NCBI RefSeq assembly: GCF_035084215.1
Contig: NW_027139559.1
Coordinates: forward strand, 5,766,001-5,830,000
Direction of reading: 5' to 3'
DNA length: 64,000 bases
From: Heptranchias perlo
Taxonomy: Eukaryota
In this document: one piece after another, positions 28,100 to 37,900 of the stretch
Numbering within the stretch: position 1 is the stretch's first letter
Layout: the number at the start of each line of letters is the position of its first letter
Notes under the pieces: model-generated
What the model was told of the DNA's origin: nothing
Database searches by the model: none
What the model saw: the letters and a program-made list of their open reading frames with translations, nothing else
Translations under genes and position numbers: made by a program

Positions 28100-29130
28100 A
28101 TACACAGAAATATATAAAAGTTAGAACACGGAAACAGACAATTAGACTCAAGCAGACTGTGTCGCCGATTGCTCTCCAAACAAACGACGAGTTCTTATCA
28201 CATTTACCCACCCCTTTTCCAGATCGCTAAAACCGCTTTTCTGCCTCCACCTGTCCAATCTAATTTTGAATGTTGACATAATTTATCTATGGGTTCTCGT
28301 CTTGACCCCTCAACCACTGGAAACAATCTGTTTCTATCTACCCTGTCCCATTCTTCAATCATTTTAAATATTAATATTATATCGTTCCATAATCGAAGTT
28401 GTTCCAACGAAGAAAGGCCCAATTTTCAAATCTATCATCATATTTATATTTCCTCACACGAAGCAGCATCCTAGTCAGTCTGTGTTGTAATATTCTTCCC
28501 ACAGTGTGGAGCCCAATACTGCACACTGCATTGAAGCTGCATCCTAGTCAGTAGGTGCTGTAATATTCTTCCTATTGTCTGGAGCCCATTACTGCACACG
28601 GTCTTGCAGCAGCATCCTAGTCAGTCTGTTTTGTAATATTCTTCCTATAGTGTGGAGCCCAATACTGCACACAGTACTCTAACTGAGGTCTTATTAAGGT
28701 TTTATATAGGCTCATCATCACCTATTGGGTTTTATATTATGTGCCTCTTATAATAAACCTAGAATTCCATTAGCTTTTCCATAGCATTATCAACCTGACG
28801 CGCTGCCTTTTATGTCCTGTAAACCCATATCCCCAAATCCCTCTGCTCTTCCACAGCACTGCGCCTACTTCCATTCAGAGTATAATTGCTACTCTTGTCT
28901 TTATAAAAATGCATCAACTCACAATTACTGATATTGAATTCCATCTGCCACTTTTCAGTCCATTCCCCCATTTTATTAATATCCCTTTCCAGCTTCCTTT
29001 GGCCCTCTAAATAATTAACTATACTCCTATTTTGGGATCACGTTCAAATTTCGCAACCACTTTCTCCAGTCCTAGATTCAGATCATTGGTATACGTGGTG
29101 AATGGAAGTGTCCCCAGAACCGAATTCTGT
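28100..29130 (-). mobile_element. CR1 3' fragment with internal ~70-bp tandem triplication (~28460-28670)
   Basis: Minus-strand RT C-terminal motifs. GCATCCTAGTCAGT..TAATATTCTTCC repeated three times. Confidence 0.75.
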
Positions 29131-29455
29131 GGGATATCACTACCCAATTCCAACTACTCTGGATATAGTGAGCTCTCTGAACCGAATCCTGTGGGATATC
29201 ACTACCCACTTCCAACCACTCTGAATATAGTGAGCTCTCTGAACCGAATCCTGAGGGATATTAGTACCCACTTCCAACCACTCTGAATATAGTGAGCTCT
29301 CTGTGGGATATCACTACCCACTTCCAACCACTCTGAATATAGTGAGCTCTCTGTGGGATATCACTACCCACTTCCAACCACTCTGAACATAGTGAGCTCT
29401 CTGTGGGATATCACTACCCACTTCCTACCACTCTGAATATAGTGAGCTCTCTGTT
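29105..29455. repeat. 50-62 bp tandem repeat x~6 (CTGTGGGATATCACTACCCACTTCCAACCACTCTGAATATAGTGAGCTCT)
   Basis: Directly visible periodicity. Confidence 0.92.
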
Positions 29456-30013
29456 TCCTCTCTTCTAATCTCTTTTAATCCAGTTTACCCTCCTCTCCTT
29501 ATTTCTATGCTCCATAATCTTGACATAATTTCCACTGTGGTAACTTGTTAAAGGCATTCTTAAAGTCCATGTATTTTGCAAACTGGATTAATAAAGGTCC
29601 AGAGGCCACAGCGCAAACCAAACTGCAGGTCCGGTGCTATTAATGCGGCTGATGCGAAGTTTGGGTTTCGTGGTTACCGCGGGGCGGCCGCTCCGTTTGT
29701 CACCGTAAAAAATATATAGTAGTAATTATTTGAGAGAGCGCATTTTTGCTGTTTTCGATGGGTTGAACTGCCATATAAGTGCGGATATTATTCTTAATAT
29801 AGCATTAAAGTGTCACCAAATTATTACACTGGGAGAAGTATGGAAGCACAATCGACGTGGATGCAAAGTTCCCAACAGAGTTCCCATGAAGCGTGTGCTC
29901 CATATCTCCACTGATCTCTTCATGTTAATTGGATGAAGATTTCACTGGCGTGAGTGACTATGGATATAGGGGACATGATGCAACACATCACAAACCGCGA
30001 GCTATACTCACTG

Positions 30014-30070
30014 CTAATGGTCTCTCCCTCTGCCCTATGCAAATCAGCTCACGCTCTCGCGATTTATAAG
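30014..30070 (+). promoter_or_regulatory. Ig V promoter: heptamer-like CTAATGG (30014-30020), octamer ATGCAAAT (30037-30044), TATA (30065-30069)
   Basis: Perfect octamer in heavy-chain orientation, 20 bp upstream of TATAA and ~120 bp upstream of the leader ATG, with a pyrimidine tract in front of it. Confidence 0.8.
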
Positions 30071-30163
30071 GACGGTGCTCAGATACACACGGTTACACAG
30101 CACAGTCGGTGTTGAGGTCTGGAGTTGGCCCTGTTTAAAGTGTTCACTGCTGGTGAAGAAACA

Positions 30164-30206
30164 ATGAATATTTTCTGGGTTTCGGTCCTTTTAGCCTCGT
30201 TACCGA
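30164..30206 (+). CDS. IgNAR: IgNAR leader exon (MNIFWVSVLLASLP), phase-1 donor
   Basis: ATG at 30164 and GTAAGT donor at 30207. Resembles the IgNAR leader MNIFLLSVLLALLP. Confidence 0.93.
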
Positions 30207-30346
30207 GTAAGTGCATTTTATTAAAGAGATTAAATATTCCTTTAATAAAACTGTGTGGCTGCCTCCAAATTGTGGAAATTTCCTTGCTTTTAACTCTTGT
30301 ATTGTTTCAGAGACGCGATGTATTAAATATATTTTTCTCCATTCAG

Positions 30347-30631
30347 ATGCCTTCAGTGGAAGAGTAGTCCAAACACCGACAACGGCAACGAAAGAGGCAG
30401 GCGAGTGGCTGACCATCAACTGCGTCTTAACTGATTCTGGCGCTGCTAAGTTTCATAGCGCAAGATGGTACCGGCAATATCCGGGTACAATAGACAAGGT
30501 AGACATATCCATTGGCGGACGATTTGTTCAATCGTTCAACTGGGGAGTAAAGTCTTCTCTGCGAATCAACGATCTGACAGTTGAAGACAGCGCCACTTAT
30601 TACTGCAAAGCTTACTACGGACTTGGTGTAC
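30347..30631 (+). CDS. IgNAR: VNAR exon (leader end NAFS + [91 protein letters not shown])
   Basis: Acceptor TTCTCCATTCAG at 30346. Canonical C...W...YYC with short FR2-HV2 lacking CDR2 and the SIGGR / [15 protein letters not shown] signatures. Followed by an RSS. Confidence 0.96.
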
Positions 30632-30669
30632 CACAGTAATGAATCTTGGGTTCCCGTAACACATAAACT
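30632..30669 (+). other. V 3' recombination signal sequence, 22-bp spacer
   Basis: CACAGTA (30632-30638) + 22 nt + ACATAAACT (30661-30669). Confidence 0.9.
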
Positions 30670-30994
30670 GTACCCAAACCTCTTAATACAAAGTTAATAC
30701 AGGTTATTCTCCAGGTGACTAAAAACTTCACGGTTAAATACTCACTGTCTCTGTCAAGCATTGGCTGATATATTAAAAACTTTGTCTATTAATTTAGGTG
30801 ATTGTTGTGTATATGTTATAATCATATTAATAATGGAACTTTGATATTTCTCCAGGATTGGGATAAGAGACTGAGAATTCTAAACATCTGCTGGGATCCC
30901 AATATAAAGGCAATGATTTGAATTATATTTACTGCATCTTTCAATCAATATCTTGGACTATCTGAAGGGATTTCTGTGACATTTGTAGCAATAG

Positions 30995-31070
30995 ATTTCT
31001 TGTGCTGATCTGAAACGATGTGTGGCTGCAGTGACACACTGACACAGTGACTCGGGCCACGGCACAAACC
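30995..31070 (+). other. IgNAR: D segment TGGCTGCAGTGACACACTGA (31023-31042) flanked by two 12-bp-spacer RSS
   Basis: 5' RSS: ATTTCTTGT (30995-31003) + 12 + CGATGTG (31016-31022). 3' RSS: CACAGTG (31043-31049) + 12 + GCACAAACC (31062-31070). Confidence 0.9.
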
Positions 31071-31383
31071 TCTCCAACAGTTATTTGTTTTACTACTCGT
31101 GAAGATGACTGCTTAATGTGCTTTCTTCCTTATGGTTGTTACTTCATAAAGTTTGAAATCAATTCCAATTCGATCTTTGGTGATAATCTAGCTGAATTCC
31201 ATGATATTAAATCAAGGGATTATCTTTTTCAGTGCTACAGGAGTTCGCATTGCACATTGTAAATATCTGGTTCGACAGAAACTGACGGAAAATTAAGATA
31301 GGTTAATGACTGCAGTGTATTGGAAAGGTCATTGCAGCCGTGTTGTTTTGGTGTATTTATTACCGCACCTTAATTTCAATGAC

Positions 31384-31422
31384 CCTTTTTGAAGGAGGCT
31401 GACTGGGAGCTGAAAGACTGTG
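31384..31422 (-). other. J 5' RSS, 23-bp spacer
   Basis: On the + strand: CCTTTTTGA (31384-31392) + 23 nt + GACTGTG (31416-31422). Confidence 0.85.
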
Positions 31423-31479
31423 GCATTTACGGTTACTGTTCCTCTATTGGAACTGGCACCGTGCTGACTGTGAACTCTG
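31423..31479 (+). CDS. IgNAR: IgNAR J segment (IYGYCSSIGTGTVLTVNS)
   Basis: G-x-G-T-V-L-T-V-N FR4 motif typical of NAR J, with a phase-1 GTAAGT donor at 31480. Confidence 0.93.
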
Positions 31480-32167
31480 GTAAGTGACCTCTCTTGCTAC
31501 TTTATCAATAAGATTTTGTTCAGAGAAGATATGAAGAATTAGCATTCTCGTTAAAATGCTCTTAAGTGCACAGGGCAATAGCCGAAACTGTTTTTGGAGG
31601 TTCGGTTAGCTTCGCTGTCAGTTTATTTGGTTTAAACTTAATAATCTTTTTCAAAAGTGATTATGTTCGAGAATAAAACGAACCTATGTTTAAATATATA
31701 ACAATCCTGTATTTAAATACATAACGAACCTCAAAACAAGCCTGTTTTTAAATATATAACTTACCACCTATGGATCATTTAAGATGCTGATTTATATAGT
31801 TATGAATCTCGCCGGTGTGATAGTTTAAACAGTTAAAACACACCCAGCCTAGTGCTGTTATTCTCCTTAGTGAGGCGGCGCAGCATATCCCTAATATACA
31901 TTATTTCTGATTCAAAGAATTAATAACATTCTGTGGCGAGGAAAGTTTGCTGCAAACAAGGAATTAGTTCAACGTGTAATTTTATGAAATATTGAGTACG
32001 AATTACTTTCCCCCTCTAAAATCACCCCTTATTCAATTAAAAAAAAAGCTGTTAAGTTAATACCGGTACCGAACCTTCGAATATATTGTCCATTCGAATC
32101 TTGACATTTGTGACCCTGGATTAACGGCGCATGCGTCACAGTGACCCAGACAGAAAACAAAATGATT

Positions 32168-32450
32168 GGGGCTGAAATTGGTCTGATCGAGGAGCGCGGA
32201 ACGGGCGATAGCAAATCGGCCGCCCGTATACACCGCGTCAGATTTTCCTTTATATTGACTTGGAAAATATTCGGAATTTTCTTCCGATCAAACCAAGTAA
32301 AACGGACAGTGAAACTATCCGAATCTCCAAAAGAGCTCGAACTATCGTTCTGTCAAATTCAGTGGAAAGAAGGTCTGGCGGGGTGTAAAACAGGCCGCCG
32401 ATTCGCAAGGATCCCGTGTCGCGTTACTGGCGTAGGACAATTTCATCTCC
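32168..32450. mobile_element. ~280-bp foldback / MITE-like element
   Basis: Ends GGGGCTGAAATTGGTC / GACAATTTCATCTCC and internal arms GCAAATCGGCCGCCCGTATACACC / GGTGTAAAACAGGCCGCCGATTCGC are inverted complements. Confidence 0.7.
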
Positions 32451-32630
32451 TATACTGTAGGTCTGTGGGAGGCCTGTTTCCATGGAAGCCAGTCTCCTGG
32501 ACAGTCGCATTTCGGACAACAGAAACACTCTGTGTTTAAGATTGTGCCGAGTAGCAGAGAACATTGAAATTGCGGTGGGTTTGAGTGTGAGAAGTGAAAT
32601 TCTCTTTTAATGTTTGTGTACAGAAATAAA

Positions 32631-32745
32631 TGTAAGGAGTCTTACAACACCAGGTTATCGTCCAAAAGCTGTTGGACTATAACCTGGTGTTGTAAGACTC
32701 TTTACATTTGTCCACCTCAGTCTATCACCGGCATCTGCACATTAT
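32631..32745. mobile_element. Collapsed Penelope-like palindromic remnant
   Basis: TGTAAGGAGTCTTACAACACCAGGTTATCGTCCAA / TTGGACTATAACCTGGTGTTGTAAGACTCTTTACA hairpin with the same terminal sequence as the 9466-10858 element. AGAAATAAA is duplicated on both flanks. Confidence 0.8.
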
Positions 32746-33254
32746 AGAAATAAAGTAAACATTATTGTATGCCTCGTGGAGAATCGTGAAGTCTTTGACT
32801 CACTGTTTATACATTTTACTGTCCGTTTCCTTATTTAATTTGAAGAAACAATGTGATTGTTTGGAGCCTGAGTGTTGGTCTGATAGACTGGATATTCAGT
32901 CAGCATTTCAAAGAGAGGAGAATCCCAGAGCTGATGTGCAGAGTAAGGGGGATGTTTTTTGCCATTCCATGGTCCGGATATCGCTTGCCTGGAGATTGGA
33001 CAGGTTAAGCGTCGGTGCAGATGATGGGAGGGGCGGGTCCGCATACCTGGGTACCAAGCGACACTGAATCCGAGAAAATATGTCCCTAAAAATCATAAAA
33101 CATTGAAGTCGATCTACATAATTCCATTAAATACCCCCTGGTCAGGTACAATATGGGTTAGGTAGAAAAGAAGAATGTGTTTGCATTTATAAACGCATCT
33201 TCCATGACCTCGCGACGTTCCAAAGCGCTTTACAGCCAATGAATTTGTCGAGCA

Positions 33255-34070
33255 AATCCCCCTCTACACTGTGGCATACAACACTCCCAGTTCAGGAGCA
33301 CTAGGGGTCAGATAGAGGGTACAGCTCCCGCTACACTGTCCCACCAAACACTCCCAATGCAAGTACAGCACAGGATAGATACAGGCTAAAGCTCGCTCGA
33401 GAATGTCCCTTCAAACACTCCCAGTTCAAGAACAGTAGGGGTTAGACAGAGGGCACAGCTTCCTCTACACTGTGTCATACAACACTCCCAGTTCAGGAGC
33501 ACTAGGGGTTAGATAGAGGGTACAGCTCCCGCTATACTGTCCCACCAAACACTCCCAGTGCAAGTACAGCACAGGATAGATACAGGGTAAAGCTCGCGGT
33601 ACAATTTCCCGTCAAACAATCCCAGTTCAAGAACAGTAGGCGTTAGACAGACGTTACAGCTTCCTCTACACTGTGTCATGCAATAATCCCAGTGCAAGTA
33701 CAGCACAGGATAGATACACAGTAAAGCTCCCTCTACGCTGTTAAAACAAACGGTCAGAGGGCAGGTACAGCATGGGGTTAGATCCAGAATAAACGTCCAT
33801 CTACACTGTCCCATCAAACACTCCCACCGCAGGTACAGGGTTAGATATAGAGCAAAGCTCCCTCCACACTGTCTATCAAACACTCCCAGGTCAGGTACAG
33901 CAAGGGTTAGATACAGAGTTACGCTCCCTCTCCGCTGTCCCATCAAACAATCCTAGAGCAGGTACAGCTCGGGTTCGATACAGAGTTGCGGTCCCTCGAC
34001 AGTCTCCCATCAAACACTCCCAGGGCAGGTACAGCTCCGGTTAGATAGAGGGTAAAGCTGCTCTAGACTC
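33255..34070. repeat. ~67-bp minisatellite x~12 in the J-C1 intron
   Basis: Unit CCCTCTACACTGTCCCATCAAACACTCCCAGGGCAGGTACAGCACGGGGTTAGATACAGAGTAAAGCT (approximate consensus). Confidence 0.9.
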
Positions 34071-34969
34071 TATCCATTGGAGAAGGTAGATTACCAACCT
34101 TAGCGGATACAAGAGCAGATTACCTGAATGGCCCCTGACATGGAACCTGAGAAAATGTCCAGCATAAAGCTCCCAAAATGTTGCAGTCAGTAACATTAGA
34201 GAATACTGTCTTTGAACGGGAGCAACGAGATGCAGATTGTACTAGAAACACTGGTGAAGCGAAAAGTTTCATCACAGACATAGAACACGGCACTTATCGA
34301 AAGGAAAAACCTTCTAAGAACAGAAGAATGTGCGCGGGCAGAAACTCCGATTGGTTCCTTTACACGGATCCATGCAAATTGTTCTCCCATGAATTCCCTC
34401 CGAAAACAACTGATACTCCCCAGTTTAAATAATCCTAAATCTTACAACTTTCTCTTCCGAAATCACAAGACCATCCACTTAATCTGTACGTTCCACTAAA
34501 CCAGATGTCAACTGGTTTATTAAAAACGGGTTAACCCCTCTCGTAGGATAGTCAGCGTTAACCGTGGTTCCCTGAGACGGCCAACAGTGATTTTTAGGGT
34601 TAATTTCCTTCCTTGCCTCCTCTGAGCGAAAAAAAGGAATGAAGCAATAGTATTAATATCTCTGTCAATGGTATTCACTTTACCACTATCATTGGGAGAT
34701 CTTTTGATATAATCACCCAATTTACACAAAGATTGCAAATTTAGTACTTGCATTCTGTCGCCGTTGTTCAGATAAATAACTTGTTCACTTCCACCTCGTA
34801 GTTTCGTTAATTCATCTTACATGGTTTCAAAGATGTGTATCATTGCTTTAGTTTAGTAAAGCATCTGAAGTTGTCCTTTGAGATGTATGTCTTTCTCTCT
34901 GACTTATCCATTTTTTCAGCAGCCATTATTTTCCAGGCTCTTGTAGGAATCCAGCCCAACCCTGCCAAT

Positions 34970-37900
34970 CATAGAATCATAGAATGATACAGCACAAAAG
35001 GAGGCCATTCGGCCCATCGGTCCTGTGCCGGATCTTTAAAGCTAGCCAATTAGTCCCACTCCCCTACTCTTTCCCTACAGAACTGCAAATGCTTTCCCTG
35101 CAATTCATGATCGAATTCCCTTTTGAAAGTTATTATTGAATCTGCTTCTAACACCCTTTAAGGCAATGCATTCCAGATCTTTGAAATTCTCTGCTTAAAA
35201 AAAATCTCCTCCTCTCGCCTCCAGTTGCTTTGCCAATGACCTTAAATCTGTGTCCGCTGGTTACCGATCCGCCTGCCACTGGAAACAGTGTTTCCTTATT
35301 TACCCTTTCGAAACCTTTCATGATTTTCAACACCTCGATTAATATCCCCTTAACCTTCTCTGCTCCAATGAGAACAACCCGAGCTTCTCTAGTTTCTCCA
35401 CGTAACTGAAATCCCGCATCCCTGGTACCTGGTAAATCTCCTTTGCACCCTCTCTAAAGCTTTGATATCCATCTTAAAGTGTGGTGCCCAGAACTGGACA
35501 CAGTACTCCAGCTGGGGCCTAAGCAGTGATTTCTGAAGGTTTAACATAACTTCCTTGCTTTTGTACTCGATGCCTCTATTAAAAAAGCCCGGGATCCCGT
35601 ATGCTTGTTTAACAACCTAATTAACTTCGCGTGCGACCTTCGAAGATTTGTGTGTATATACCCCGAGGTCTCTCTGTTCCTGCACCCCTGTTAATATTGT
35701 ACCAGTTTGTGTATGTTGTCTCTCCTCATTCTTCCTACCAAAATGCATCACTTCCAACTCACTGCGCTAAATTTCATTCGCCATGTGTTTGCCCATTTCA
35801 TCAGTCCGTGTATGTCCTCCTAAAGTCTGTTAATATCCTCCACATTGATTACTACATTTCCGAGCTTCGTGTCATCTTCGTGTCATCCAGGTCATTAATA
35901 TATATCACAAAGAGCAGTGCTCCTAATACCGACCCCTGGAGAACACCACTGTATACTTCCCTCCAGTCTGAAAAACAACCGCTTACCGCTGCTCTCTGCT
36001 TTCTGTCACTTAGCCAATTTCGTATCTAGGCATCTACTTCCCCTTTAATTCGATGGGCTTCAGTTGTGTTATGCTATGTTCCTTGCACATTGAAAATATA
36101 TCTATTTGATTGTATATCTCACTATAAGACATTCAGAGCGAGAAACCTCTCTGGCCCGTTGCACTTATTGCGAATTTGGGTCGACGCTTCGGAATGATTC
36201 ATCATCTATTCATTTTAGTCATTGGCAAATTTTGAGGAACACATTCCAGAATGGCTGGAGCCTGATTTTAATAAATTAACCCCAGCCTTCTAATCTTCAA
36301 GTGAAAACAATGTGTTCTGTATCTCGCTATGCTTCTTTCCAACCAACGTGAAACGGCCCTCTCCCAGCCGTTGGTTTATAAGTCCATTGACATTTGGATT
36401 GAGGGATTTTGAAAATGTTATTGAGGAAGTTGTGGAGAAGATTTTTCGGAAGTTCCTTGGATAAGTATAAATACCAAAGAGTAAAGTTAAAAATTGGAAC
36501 CAACTAACCTAAGGATGGGATTAGATTAGAGATGTAAAAGGGAATCTTCTCCAGAAAGGTGAATGAATCGCAGATGTTAGACAAGGACTTAGTCTCGGTT
36601 TCTACAGAAAAGTGTGTCCGTGGGAATGGAAGTGTAGAGCGGGAGAGTGAGGTGCAATTAGATTGAATAACTAGAGATAAGTAAGGAGTGCTGAGAAGAT
36701 TGTTGGAACTCATTCTATCCTCGAATGTTGAGAACAGACAAAAAGCAAATAGCAGATGCTCGGCCCACGAACATTCAAACATCCTAGGATGTGGAATTTG
36801 TGCCAGAGGACCGAGGTAAAATCTTTCTCAAAGAAGGGGAAAGGTTTACACAGGGTAAACGTGGGGCCGTCGGCTTACCGTCAGTGCTGGATCATCTTCT
36901 AGAGTCATATTACTGGAGAAAATTAACATTCACTTACAGAGGCATTGTTTCATTAAAGACAGCTAGCACGGATTTGTAGAAGGCAAGTTCTCCCTGATAA
37001 ATTTAGTTTGACAGGTCTTCGAAGAACTCTACTCATTTCCATGTTTAATTCTGTTCACTGCACCCCAGGAAAGTTAGATTGGCCTTGGAGTGGGTCGACC
37101 GCAGATTCACCAGAATAATACATGGGACAAAAGGGTTAAAATATGAGGCAAGATTGAATGGATCAGGATTGTATTCCCTTTATTATAGAAGATTAATGGG
37201 TGATCAAATTAATGTGTTTAAGATGACAAAATCATTTAACAGGGTAGATAGAGAGAAACTATTGACTTTGTTGGGGGAATGCAGAACAAGAAGGCATAAC
37301 CTTAAAATTAATGCTATGTCGTGTCAGGTGGTTGAAACGATACCAAATAATGGGTTTGTTAATCAAGTAAAGTTGTTCATTTTCAATATTCGCAAAGGAC
37401 TTTGCAGAGGAAGCACAACATTATATTATCAAGGAATATAAAAAAGGAACAGTAAAGTATTCTACAGACACATAAATAATCAAAGGACAGAGTTAGGGCC
37501 ACAAAGGGAAGCACAAGATAAACTCGCAGGTAATGGGCAGCGAAATGGCAGAAATATTGAATAGTTACTTTGCCTCAGTATTTACCAGGGAGAATAATAA
37601 GGTGGGCAGAATATTAGAAGAAAAGATTTTTAAAAACATAAGACTTTTAAGATAGAAAATGGGGGAGATAATTGATCAACTAAGCAAGCATGGAGAGGAT
37701 CAAACCCCTGAACCGTATGGATTTCATCGGCTCATAATAAAAGAAGCTAGGGAGGAGATAGCAGAGGCACCATTAGATATATCTAAAAATTCATTAGAAA
37801 GGGGAATAGTGCCAGAAGACTGGTGGACAGCTAATGTGAAAACTATATTTTAAAAAGGAGATCAGAACAAGTCCAGGGAATTATAGACCAGTTAGCCTAA

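Noticed and set aside
30670-30994. Possible extra D segments (e.g. CACTGTC near 30744)
   Set aside because: No correctly spaced nonamer and no paired 3' RSS.
30347-31479. Interpretation as NAR-TCR, IgW or IgM
   Set aside because: V lacks CDR2 and splices to five IgNAR-type C domains with an Ig secretory tail. There is no supporting TCR-delta V or CH1-type domain.
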